Positions 10,390 through 19,133 of a stretch of 64,000 nt of DNA are shown piece by piece (the first letter of the stretch is position 1; each line of letters begins with the position of its first letter). The notes beneath the pieces were generated by a model. That model was not told the origin of the DNA and ran no database searches. It saw only the letters and a program-made list of their open reading frames with translations. The position numbers were made by a program, and so were the translations under genes. The DNA is from an uncultured Methanosarcinales archaeon (GTDB lineage: Archaea > Nanobdellota > Nanobdellia > Woesearchaeales > DATDXC01): positions 611 through 64,610 of the forward strand of contig CAZDZV010000004.1 of assembly GCA_964510025.1 (NCBI GenBank), written 5' to 3'.

Positions 10390-11519
10390 TACCCCTTTTT
10401 TCTAACCAAATATGCTCCGATAGCTATACCTGCTACAGCCAGAACGATCCAGAACAAAACCAGGGCAAGCTTGAATCCTGACCTGACATTCACGCTAAGC
10501 TCGTCTCTTAGCGTATGCGAGCCTCCGTCATCCTTGTATGATATTGCTACCTCAACATTCTTATCGCCGAACCCTCTTGGTATGAAAGTGAAGGCTATCT
10601 GCTCATCCTCTTCGCTCTTGATATTTCCAAGATATGCCTTCTGCTCCTCGCCGTCAACTGAAAAGACCACCTCTGTATTCTTTGCATCTCCTTTCCCGTT
10701 GTTCTCTACAACAAGGTATGCCAGCGCCTCCATGCCGCTCCGCAGAATAGCAGGCTCAAATTTCAGCTTCTGCACTCCTAGCTCAGCTATATTCATGATC
10801 TCTATGCCTATGTTCTGCGTTTCTGTATAGCTGTTCAGAAGGTTGTCCTCATACTCGATCTGCAGCGGGATAAAGTAAGAATCAGGCGTTATGGTCTCTG
10901 ACACGTAGAACTCAAGATCCACAGACCTTTCCTGATTGACATCGATCTCATCTATCAGGATCGTGTTGCTTCCCGCCAGCACAAAATTATCCGTGGTAGA
11001 GGTTATCCTTATGTTATTGGCGGTTCCTGTCCCTATATTCTTGAACTTCAGCTTTGCCACGAATCCCTCCTTCGGAGCTATGCTGCTTGCATCAGACTCA
11101 TAGAAGAAGATGATGTCCGGCTTGCCTGTTATCTTGATATTTGCAGTCTTCTTTATCGAAAGCTGGTCGGCAGCGGTTATCTGGAAGACTACAGGATAGT
11201 TGCCTGATACTGCGGTGCTGCTTGCCCTGAAATAGAAGGTTACCTGCTTTGAGCACCCGATGCAGATCGATTTCTCGATATCGGTCGTATCCTTTGTCTT
11301 CAGCACAATCGGCCCTTCCACCCTGGGTGTAACTTCCACGTCGCTGATGGACTTATCACCGTTATTCTGAAGCTGAAGGGTCACTGTAAAGTCATTGCCT
11401 GGCTCCACAACATTCGGGTCGATATCCTCAACTATGACATTCAGGTTCAGTGTGCCCACATCAGCAGAAACGATACAAGAGGCTATAAGGACAAATACCA
11501 ATATTCTGCAATTTATCAT
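10386..11519 (-). CDS. COG1361-type S-layer/CARDB-like Ig-fold membrane-anchored protein
   Basis: Signal peptide; repeated V.PG...L.L.N.G, FKNIGTGTA and ENNGKGDA Ig motifs; C-terminal TM. RBS GAGGTGA supports the start at 11519. Confidence 0.8.
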   Translation of the reverse strand: MINCRILVFVLIASCIVSADVGTLNLNVIVEDIDPNVVEPGNDFTVTLQLQNNGDKSISDVEVTPRVEGPIVLKTKDTTDIEKSICIGCSKQVTFYFRASSTAVSGNYPVVFQITAADQLSIKKTANIKITGKPDIIFFYESDASSIAPKEGFVAKLKFKNIGTGTANNIRITSTTDNFVLAGSNTILIDEIDVNQERSVDLEFYVSETITPDSYFIPLQIEYEDNLLNSYTETQNIGIEIMNIAELGVQKLKFEPAILRSGMEALAYLVVENNGKGDAKNTEVVFSVDGEEQKAYLGNIKSEEDEQIAFTFIPRGFGDKNVEVAISYKDDGGSHTLRDELSVNVRSGFKLALVLFWIVLAVAGIAIGAYLVRKKGY

Positions 11520-11553
11520 CAGTTCACCTCTTTTTAGACAAAAATGGAGATTA

Positions 11554-12723
11554 TTATTTATTAATGTTTCTATATGCATAGAATTTTTTTTCTTTCCTGG
11601 CCATATCTCTCAGCAGCCTGCAGCATTCAAACCTGCTGCCGTATTTCCTTTCCAACGCACCTAGACGCATGACTATCTGGCCCAAGCCTGTCCTGTCCGC
11701 AAATCTCATAGGCCCCATCGTAGCTGGAGAAAATCCCATCCCGAAAACCATGGCTATGTCAAGCATCTGAGCATCATCTATGATGCCTTCTTCTATGCAT
11801 CTTGCTGACTCGTTTACTATGGTGAGGATCATCCTTTCCAGATAGTCTCCCCCTTTCCTTCTTTTTATCAGCCTGTACACTGCCTTATTCTCCCTTCCTT
11901 GAATGAAAAAACTTATATTCCCTTGTGCCATCTTTTTTAGCAGCTTTACATTCTTAAATCTGGGCATGCGCGACAAGTTTTCTGCAACATCAGCGCAAAG
12001 CCTGCTGCCTAATAGGTCCATCATCTGAAAAGGCCCGGCCAGCATGCCAAACCTCTTCATCATCATATCTGCCTTCTCTATGCCTAGGCCGTCCTGCAGG
12101 CATCTCAAAGCCTCACTAAGATAGAATGCGTTTATCCTGCTGATAAGGAAGCCAGGCCCATCATTTACCCTTATGGGCATCTTTCCAAGCTTGTGGAGAA
12201 GATGCATCATAGCCTTTGTGGTTTTTTCGCCTGTTTTTTTGCCTGCCACAACCTCAACAATAGGCCTGCTGTCTGCCGGATAGAAAAAATGCAGACCTAA
12301 AAAATTGCTTGGGTAGCGGTATGAGCCAGCCAGCGCAGCGACAGGGATAGAGCTGGTATTTGATGCTGCTATAGCCCTGCCTTCTATCTTCCTGAAGACG
12401 CTTTTCTTTATCCTTATATTCTCAGGTACAGCCTCTATGACCAGGTCGCAATCGTCCATATCATAGCTTTCTGTGACCTCAACGTATTTTTTGACTTCAG
12501 CATGAGATTTCTTTCTGGAATTGCCATAGGCAGCCCCTTTTTCCAACAGCCTGTTTATCGTAGCTTCTGTCTTGCGTCTTACCTTGAGCTTGACAGGGAT
12601 TTTCTTAAGGGCAAAAAACCTGGCTATGCTGCTGCCCATGAGCCCTGAACCTATCACGCATACCTTGCTTATCCTGTCATCAACAACCTCAGGCTTGATA
12701 TACCGTTTTCTTAGAAGCATCAT
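11554..12723 (-). CDS. 3-hydroxyacyl-CoA dehydrogenase (FadJ/FadB C-terminal-like, two C-terminal domains)
   Basis: VIGSGLMGSSIA, LVIEAVPEN, ASNTSS, GLHFFYP, DGPGFLISR, FGMGF...GP. Start uncertain (see findings). Confidence 0.88.
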   Translation of the reverse strand: MMLLRKRYIKPEVVDDRISKVCVIGSGLMGSSIARFFALKKIPVKLKVRRKTEATINRLLEKGAAYGNSRKKSHAEVKKYVEVTESYDMDDCDLVIEAVPENIRIKKSVFRKIEGRAIAASNTSSIPVAALAGSYRYPSNFLGLHFFYPADSRPIVEVVAGKKTGEKTTKAMMHLLHKLGKMPIRVNDGPGFLISRINAFYLSEALRCLQDGLGIEKADMMMKRFGMLAGPFQMMDLLGSRLCADVAENLSRMPRFKNVKLLKKMAQGNISFFIQGRENKAVYRLIKRRKGGDYLERMILTIVNESARCIEEGIIDDAQMLDIAMVFGMGFSPATMGPMRFADRTGLGQIVMRLGALERKYGSRFECCRLLRDMARKEKKFYAYRNINK

Positions 12724-12745
12724 GCTGATGTATCTGACCAGGACA

Positions 12746-14074
12746 TTATTTGAGAATATGCTGGAATTTCCTTTCATAATCCACACCTGTATTGTAAGGA
12801 AAATCATGATAAAGGTAGACTTCTGCCTTAAGCTTTCTCTGGATGGCCTTTTCAATCTTCCTAAGGATTGTTTTTTTCTTCCCCTTTTTCAGCTGAAATT
12901 TCACCTTTTTGCCTTGAATGACAAAATTGCCTGTTATGGCTTCAGCTACCTCATGGTCCCTGTATATGGCTTGCTTGATGTCATTTGCAGAAATCCTGGC
13001 GCTGGTGGATTCACTCCTTCTGTTGCCTACAGCTACGAAAGGAAGCTTGAATTCAGGCATCAGCTCATGGTAGCCATGCCTTTGCAGCAGCTCCTTCATC
13101 CTTTCATTTGTGATTATCATCCCGCAATCGTGCGAATTATATCTGATCAGCGGTATCTTGGATGAGCCCAGTATAGTAAAAACAAGCTCTGAATCCATGT
13201 TGTTTTCAGGCAGTGACTCCAGGAATATGCGGCTGGGGAGATAGTTGAAGATAAATGGCGCTGCATCTACCTGGCCAAACAGCGCATTTCTAAGCTTTTT
13301 GTCTTTTTGCGCAGCTTTCCTTATCCTTATGCACTCTGCTGTCTCCTGAAAAAGGCTAAGCCCTAATTCTGATATGCCGAATGTGGCAAAATGCTTGTTT
13401 TCCCCGACGATAGAAGCTATATATTCCCTGAAGCTCTCAGAGAACCACTCTCCCCCTATGATGAAAAAGACATTCAGCGATTTCCAGTCAAGGCCCGCAT
13501 CCTTTCCATCCTCTACTATCTTCTTCAGATAGTTAGGATCTCCCACAAGGATTATTTGCTCAAAGTCATCCTTTATCTGCCTGATCAGAGCGATGACACT
13601 GTCGCTCCTTACACTTGTGTCTGTGCTTGGAAGTTCTGTATCGACCCTTACCCCCATGGGGTTGAAGTTGATAAGGTAGGTGCTGCGCCTGGATATCTCG
13701 AAATACATCTCAAGAAAGAGGTCAAGGGTCTTTTTTGTCATCTCCATCTCCCTTTCATCAACTGCTGCGTAGGAAAATTTTCCAGAATGGCCGCTGCTCA
13801 GCAGTATGGACCTTAGGCCGTCAAAACCTTTGACGCATAATTCCTTCAGCTTATATTTTGTGAACAGCTTATCCTTGTCCACTATGGGCACTTTCTGCTG
13901 AAAATCGGCCATGCTGCTGGCATCTATCCCATTGTAGATCTCATTGTAGGCTGCTGTTCCCTTCTTTGCCCTCTTGAATGCCCTGATGGCTTTCTTTTCG
14001 CTGCCTGAGCAGGGTGCCTGGCAGATAGACCTTCTGAAGGCATGTGCTTTCCTCGCTAATATATGCCGGTTCAT
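12746..14074 (-). CDS. Phenylacetate-CoA ligase (PaaK)-like adenylate-forming enzyme
   Basis: VPIVDK, P-loop SSGHSG, GGEWFSE, FGISELG, LIRYNSHD. Confidence 0.8.
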   Translation of the reverse strand: MNRHILARKAHAFRRSICQAPCSGSEKKAIRAFKRAKKGTAAYNEIYNGIDASSMADFQQKVPIVDKDKLFTKYKLKELCVKGFDGLRSILLSSGHSGKFSYAAVDEREMEMTKKTLDLFLEMYFEISRRSTYLINFNPMGVRVDTELPSTDTSVRSDSVIALIRQIKDDFEQIILVGDPNYLKKIVEDGKDAGLDWKSLNVFFIIGGEWFSESFREYIASIVGENKHFATFGISELGLSLFQETAECIRIRKAAQKDKKLRNALFGQVDAAPFIFNYLPSRIFLESLPENNMDSELVFTILGSSKIPLIRYNSHDCGMIITNERMKELLQRHGYHELMPEFKLPFVAVGNRRSESTSARISANDIKQAIYRDHEVAEAITGNFVIQGKKVKFQLKKGKKKTILRKIEKAIQRKLKAEVYLYHDFPYNTGVDYERKFQHILK

Positions 14075-14898
14075 TCTATCATCCTGTTGAAATTCTCCGC
14101 AAATATCTTCTCTTTTATCCTTCCTGGTATCCTTAGCTTTTTTATCGCCCTCACAAATTCCTTCATGCTGTGAAGCCTGCTTCCAAAAGGCGTGGGATAG
14201 TCTGTACCGAATATTATCTTGTCTTCCCCTATCCTCTGGATAAGGTCCATTGTAAGGATCTTAGCAATCTCATACGGGTAGGCAGCGGTGTCTATATATA
14301 CATTAGGATGCTTCTCCACCACCATAAAAGCCTCATTGTGCCATAGTGTGCCAAGGTGGGTAAGCATTATCTTGAGTTCCGGAAACCGGTTCGCCACCTC
14401 GTCAATGAGGATAGGGTTTGCCTGGTCAAGCTTCACCATGTCTGCAAAAGGCGTGGATCCTATATGGAATACCGCAGGGATCCCAAGCTTTGATATCTTT
14501 TCGTACACAGGAAAAACCCTCTTATCATTGGGATAGAAGTTCTGCAGAGGCGGGTGGAATTTGCAGCCCTTCATACCATATCTTTTAACTGCCTTTTCCA
14601 GCTCTGCATCAGCATCCTCTTTCAGAGGGTTCACAGATGCAAAGCCTATCAGGATATCAGAGTCTGCCAGAGAGGCTACATACTCGTTCGATGCAGTCAC
14701 GAGCGGAGCATCCACTGCATAAAGCACACATTTGGTTATGCCTGCTTCGTGCATCTGCCTGAATAGCATCTCCTTCTCCAGGTAAGGCATGACCTTGTCA
14801 TAGTCCTTATATACAGGATTTGAACCAAGCGTATCCTTTACCTTGCCTGACAGTGCCTTCTTTTCTATCATATGAACATGCGCATTGATTATTTCCAT
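14071..14898 (-). CDS. Amidohydrolase_2 family metal-dependent hydrolase
   Basis: INAHVH, GCKFHP, FHIG, THLG, VYIDTA, IIFGTDYP. Confidence 0.9.
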   Translation of the reverse strand: MEIINAHVHMIEKKALSGKVKDTLGSNPVYKDYDKVMPYLEKEMLFRQMHEAGITKCVLYAVDAPLVTASNEYVASLADSDILIGFASVNPLKEDADAELEKAVKRYGMKGCKFHPPLQNFYPNDKRVFPVYEKISKLGIPAVFHIGSTPFADMVKLDQANPILIDEVANRFPELKIMLTHLGTLWHNEAFMVVEKHPNVYIDTAAYPYEIAKILTMDLIQRIGEDKIIFGTDYPTPFGSRLHSMKEFVRAIKKLRIPGRIKEKIFAENFNRMIE

Positions 14899-15686
14899 CT
14901 TAGCACCTTGTCCCAGAACGGGTCAAAAAGAGTGTATTGCGGAGCGTAGGATATCCTCCCCATCTTCAGGATTATCTTGACTATCTCCAGGCTCATCATC
15001 ACAGACGTAAGCCAGACCAGGGGCGCAAAGGCCCTGCCATGCTCTTTTCCCTGCACTATCTTATTGACTATGCCTTTTTCATAGTATTTTTCAGCGCCAT
15101 GTATCTTTGTAAGGCCTTTCAGTACAGAAAGGGATTCTTTTTCCAGAGCGCCATCAAGGCTCCTGCCTTTTGTAGGCAGCTTATATACATCCTCAAGGCT
15201 TGGTGTTTTTTTTGTGTAGACCCTGATGTTGCCGTACGGTATCGCCCATCCCTCCACCAAAGGGACGTTCAGCTTCCTGGCTGCCCTCGAAAGCAGGATG
15301 CATTCCCTGAGCCCGTCAAGCGCCAACGCTGCTGCATCGCATCCTTTCACAATCTTCTCTGCCTCGGTATGGTCTGAAAATTTTTCTATCCTTATCTCAG
15401 GATTGATGTCCTTCAGGAACCTTTCAGCCACATCCATTTTTGGCTTTCCCAGGGTTGAGGCAAAAGCGAATATTTGCCTGTTCCTGTTGGACGAATCGAA
15501 AACATCCCTATCCAGTATCTTTAGATGGCCTACACCAGCTCTCGCAAGCAGCTCTGCAACACAGCCCCCCAGCCCCCCCAGCCCAAAAACACCGACACAA
15601 GACTTTCTCAGCTTTTCCTGCTGCCTCTTTGTGAGCATCCCTACAGTTCTCTGTACAAGCTCATGATAGTTCTTGGACCAGTGCAA
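14889..15686 (-). CDS. ThiF/HesA/MoeB-family adenylyltransferase (TTG start)
   Basis: GLGGLGG, AGVGHLKILDRDVFDSSNRNRQ, GKPK. Lacks the CxxC Zn motifs of MoeB/E1. Confidence 0.88.
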   Translation of the reverse strand: MHWSKNYHELVQRTVGMLTKRQQEKLRKSCVGVFGLGGLGGCVAELLARAGVGHLKILDRDVFDSSNRNRQIFAFASTLGKPKMDVAERFLKDINPEIRIEKFSDHTEAEKIVKGCDAAALALDGLRECILLSRAARKLNVPLVEGWAIPYGNIRVYTKKTPSLEDVYKLPTKGRSLDGALEKESLSVLKGLTKIHGAEKYYEKGIVNKIVQGKEHGRAFAPLVWLTSVMMSLEIVKIILKMGRISYAPQYTLFDPFWDKVLRWK

Positions 15687-15687
15687 T

Positions 15688-16692
15688 TTATCTCCTCAAA
15701 AGGCTGTAGAGCAGCTTGTAGGTGCTGCTGATGTCATCAAGGCTTGCAATAGTGAACGTCGTATGGACGTTCCTTACCGGGACGCAGACAACTGTGCATG
15801 GGATGCCCTCCTTGGATACCTCGATATTTGTGGCATCGGTAGTTCCCTTGTCATTTATCTCAAGCTGATACTTAATCCTGTTTTTCTTGGCTATGAGCTT
15901 CAGGTTGCTGTTTATCTTGCTGTCTGAGATCATATTTGTGTCCTCCACTGTGATGGCAGGCCCGTTCCCAAGGCAGATGTTTGCATCCTCCTGGCTGTCG
16001 TCAGCATCTGTCACGTCTACTGCGATGGCATAGTCAGGATCCAGCTTATAGGCATATGTAGAACCTCCGCTGAGACCTATCTCTTCCTGTATCGAAAAAA
16101 CATAGTATATCTCATGGGGGGACTTCTTCAGGCTTTTCGCCAGCTTCAGGAGCATGGCGCATCCTATCCTGTTGTCCAGCGCCTTAGAGCATACCTTGTT
16201 TCCCATCAGCATCGGTTGGGTCCTAAAGAAGATGTTTGAGCCGACCTCTACGCCTAAGCCAGTAAGCTCTTTCTTTGTCCGGCCTGTGTCAAGAACAATA
16301 TCCGAAAGCTTGAGGTTTTCCTCCAGCGGATCCCCCCTGGATATGTTCCTTGTCGTCAGGACGCCGTTTATCTCGCCTCTGCCTGCTCTGACAGATACTT
16401 TCTCGCCGATGAAAAGGTTGAAGTCCGCGGCGCCTACCGGCTCGACCCCGATAAATCCGTCGTGATGTATATTTTTCACAAGAAATCCTATCTCATCCAT
16501 ATGCGCAGCCAATAGCACCTTTTTTTTCCTGCCCTTGTGCACCGCAATAAGGTTTCCGAGCTTGTCGATCCGTATCTCATCAACATATGGTTTTATCTTC
16601 TTCCTGATGAAGTCCCTGACAGCTGTCTCAAATCCAGAAAGCCCATTCAATGATAATAGCTTTAGCAATAGAAACCTGTCCTCTTTTTTCAT
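15688..16692 (-). CDS. M42 (TET/FrvX-like) metallo-aminopeptidase
   Basis: AAHMDEIG, KALDNRIG, QEEIG, AVDVT and RNVHT metal ligands all intact. Confidence 0.92.
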   Translation of the reverse strand: MKKEDRFLLLKLLSLNGLSGFETAVRDFIRKKIKPYVDEIRIDKLGNLIAVHKGRKKKVLLAAHMDEIGFLVKNIHHDGFIGVEPVGAADFNLFIGEKVSVRAGRGEINGVLTTRNISRGDPLEENLKLSDIVLDTGRTKKELTGLGVEVGSNIFFRTQPMLMGNKVCSKALDNRIGCAMLLKLAKSLKKSPHEIYYVFSIQEEIGLSGGSTYAYKLDPDYAIAVDVTDADDSQEDANICLGNGPAITVEDTNMISDSKINSNLKLIAKKNRIKYQLEINDKGTTDATNIEVSKEGIPCTVVCVPVRNVHTTFTIASLDDISSTYKLLYSLLRR

Positions 16693-16707
16693 CTGTCCAC
16701 CTAAATT

Positions 16708-16725
16708 AAAAAAATTAAAAAAAAA
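16708..16725 (-). terminator. Archaeal T-tract terminator after the Arg-rich gene
   Basis: TTTTTTTTTAATTTTTTT on the minus strand immediately after the TAA. Confidence 0.6.
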
Positions 16726-16875
16726 TTATCTTCTTGTTCTTCTCCTAGCAGTCCTTCTGGCTGTTGTTCTTCTTCCTGTGGTCCTTCTGGCTGTTGTTCG
16801 TCTCGCTGTCCTTTTTGCAGTTCTTCTTCCTGTCCTTCTTGTTGTCCTTTTTGCAGTTCTTCTTCTTGCTACCAT
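16726..16875 (-). CDS. 49-aa protamine/histone-H1-like Arg/Thr-rich protein (below the ORF-track cutoff)
   Basis: Translated by hand: MVARRRTAKRTTRRTGRRTAKRTARRTTARRTTGRRTTARRTARRRTRR*. RBS GGAGGT at 16881-16886, TATA at 16933-16940, T-tract downstream. Confidence 0.85.
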   Translation of the reverse strand: MVARRRTAKRTTRRTGRRTAKRTARRTTARRTTGRRTTARRTARRRTRR

Positions 16876-16880
16876 TTTTT

Positions 16881-16950
16881 ACCTCCTTTTTGTCTGGACT
16901 CGCCAAACATATAATTCCTCTCTAGAATTATGTATATAAATATCTTTCTA
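16881..16950 (-). promoter_or_regulatory. BRE/TATA promoter plus RBS of the Arg-rich gene
   Basis: Minus strand reads AGAAAGATA-TTTATATA ... AAAAGGAGGTAAAAAATG. Confidence 0.7.
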
Positions 16951-18192
16951 TTTTATGTCTTCTATCCTTATCACAACTGTCTTTTCTTTTACAAAATCCT
17001 GCCTGTTTATTTCCTTCACAGCTTTTATCATGTTTTCTTCCATCGCATCATGGGTAGTCATGATCAGCGGAACTATCTTCTTGTTCGCCTCTTTCTGCTG
17101 CACCCCGGCGATGCTTATGTCGTTGTCTCCCAGTATCTTGGATATTTTTGCGAGCACGCCCGGCCTGTCTACTACCTGCGCCCGAAGGTAATACCTTGAG
17201 ATTATTTTTTTAATGTCCTTTGTCCTTGCATGGCGAAAACTATGATCCATCCTCTTGCCTTTTGCTATGTCTATTATGTCGCCGACAACTACGGTGGCTG
17301 TAGGCAGCTGCCCTGCGCCTTTTCCGTACAGCATGGTCTTGCCTGTGTTCTCCCCTATCACATAGACAGCATTAAGCTCATTTTTTACTGTAGCCAGCTC
17401 ATGGTCTGCAGGGATCATGGTGGGATGTACCCTTAGCTCTATCTCCTTGTTGATATTTTTTGCGATCGCCAGCAGCTTTATTGTGTAGTTAAGCTCTCTT
17501 GCATAGCTTAGGTCGTTCTTGCTGATCTTTGTTATGCCCCAGCTTAGTATGTCATCCTCAAGCCTGGCATCAAATGCCAGGGAAGACAGTATCACCAGCT
17601 TCTGTGCTGCATCCTTCCCCTCTACATCAAAGCTCGGGTCAGCTTCTGCGAATCCAAGCTTCTGCGCCTTCTTGAGCGCCTCCTCATAGGGCATGCCTTC
17701 CTCCATCTTGGTGAGTATATAGTTTGTAGTCCCGTTCAATATGCCGTATATCTCCCTTATGTTGTCTGAAAGATAGCTTTCTGTGATTGTCTTGACTATA
17801 GGTATGCAGCCGCCGACAGCTGCCTCAAACCCAAGCCCTGCCCTGTTTTTCCTTGCTGCCTCAAAAATCTCGTTGCCATACTTGGCAATGACTGCCTTGT
17901 TTGCCGTAACAACATGCTTTTTTTTCTTAAGCGCCTTCATGATGATGTCCTTTGCCGGATTGTAGCCGCCGATCAGCTCAACAACGATGTCTATAGAATC
18001 ATCATCTAATATCTCATTATAATCTTTGCAGACCTCCTTGATGCCCAGCTTTCTTGCTGCTGCCTCATCAAGGTCGCATACCTTAAGATTTATATCTAGC
18101 CCGGCTCTCTTCTTGGTCAGGCCTGACCTCACTATCTTGACAACACCGGCTCCTATCGTGCCTATGCCTATTAGACCCACATTAACCTGCAT
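16948..18192 (-). CDS. hom: Homoserine dehydrogenase with ACT domain
   Basis: GIGTIGAG, VVTANKA, FEAAVGG, GILNGTTNYIL, GFAEADP, GKGAG, ACT motif DRPGVLAKI. TTTATAAA at 18216-18223. Confidence 0.96.
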   Translation of the reverse strand: MQVNVGLIGIGTIGAGVVKIVRSGLTKKRAGLDINLKVCDLDEAAARKLGIKEVCKDYNEILDDDSIDIVVELIGGYNPAKDIIMKALKKKKHVVTANKAVIAKYGNEIFEAARKNRAGLGFEAAVGGCIPIVKTITESYLSDNIREIYGILNGTTNYILTKMEEGMPYEEALKKAQKLGFAEADPSFDVEGKDAAQKLVILSSLAFDARLEDDILSWGITKISKNDLSYARELNYTIKLLAIAKNINKEIELRVHPTMIPADHELATVKNELNAVYVIGENTGKTMLYGKGAGQLPTATVVVGDIIDIAKGKRMDHSFRHARTKDIKKIISRYYLRAQVVDRPGVLAKISKILGDNDISIAGVQQKEANKKIVPLIMTTHDAMEENMIKAVKEINRQDFVKEKTVVIRIEDIK

Positions 18193-18236
18193 TTTCTCTG
18201 ATTATTCAACTTTTCTTTATAAATATTTTTATAGAA

Positions 18237-18908
18237 TCAGCTGAAATACCCGCATGTGACATTGACATAGTACGGATTCCTGGCAACATGGTCTATGATC
18301 TGAGTTGCCTCTCTTACGGTCTTCGTCACGCCAGCCCATACATCTCCAAAATGATCATGATGCCTGGCTTTCGGCGCCCTGAACGGAAACTCACCATCGA
18401 TGAAGCCGCCTGCCATTCTGTTGTAGGCCTCCCTTAGTCTTCCATTTTGCCTGAGATAACCGGCAACAGGGTTTTCCATAAGCCATCTTTTCAGTCTGCT
18501 CCTGTGAACCCTGAATCCTGAAAGCATTGCATTGCTTTCCATGACAGTTCCCTCAATACAGTAAGGTGCTACTGTTTCTGTGTCAGTGCCTATATAGACA
18601 AACAGTCTTTCTGTTGCGCGCCGCAGTCCTGTCTCGCCTACATCCATACTATCAGGCATATAGGGAGTCGACACCAGGATACTATTCCATCTTTCATATT
18701 CATGGAATGCCTGTGTAAAGCTTCCTGCACTTGCAACTGCAATCCGATGCTCCTCCAGCTGGCCGTCTGTTTGCAGGACATTGAAAGAAAGCGTCAGTTC
18801 AAGGTCATCATCAGGGCTAATCATATTATACAATTGCCTTACGACATCGTCTCTGGATGCTCCTGTAACCTTCACCCTCCGGATCTCTTCTGTGATAGAC
18901 ATGTGCAT
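18237..18908 (-). CDS. Hypothetical protein, divergent from the sugar operon
   Basis: 223-aa ORF with GGGTGA RBS and TTTATAAA upstream; no family recognised. Confidence 0.6.
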   Translation of the reverse strand: MHMSITEEIRRVKVTGASRDDVVRQLYNMISPDDDLELTLSFNVLQTDGQLEEHRIAVASAGSFTQAFHEYERWNSILVSTPYMPDSMDVGETGLRRATERLFVYIGTDTETVAPYCIEGTVMESNAMLSGFRVHRSRLKRWLMENPVAGYLRQNGRLREAYNRMAGGFIDGEFPFRAPKARHHDHFGDVWAGVTKTVREATQIIDHVARNPYYVNVTCGYFS

Positions 18909-19002
18909 AGGAATCTCACCCTATTTATAAAAATTGCCGTGCGGGTGATGCAGTTTTTCACCACCATTTTGGGACGGATTTCTCGACGCAAATTTCAAAA
19001 AA

Positions 19003-19040
19003 TTTATAAATCAGTGAAAAATTGAACCGTATAATATACG
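19003..19040 (+). promoter_or_regulatory. TATA box and palindromic operator candidate of the sugar operon
   Basis: AAAAAA-TTTATAAA (19003-19010) and inverted repeat CGTATA-A-TATACG (19028-19040). Confidence 0.5.
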
Positions 19041-19133
19041 ATTTACGGCGATCGAGACGCTACCAAAAACTGATTCCGCAGCGAGAATTTCTTTCTTAGA
19101 TGATTTTATTGAATATAGACGGAGGGATATAAG

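Noticed and set aside
16726..16875. Short repeats as a possible CRISPR or non-coding array
   Set aside because: Units are codon-phased and degenerate with no unique spacers; no cas genes nearby.
16535..16939. 134-aa plus-strand Leu/Val-rich 'membrane' ORF
   Set aside because: It is the antisense shadow of the Arg/Thr gene; the RBS, TATA box and terminator are all on the minus strand.
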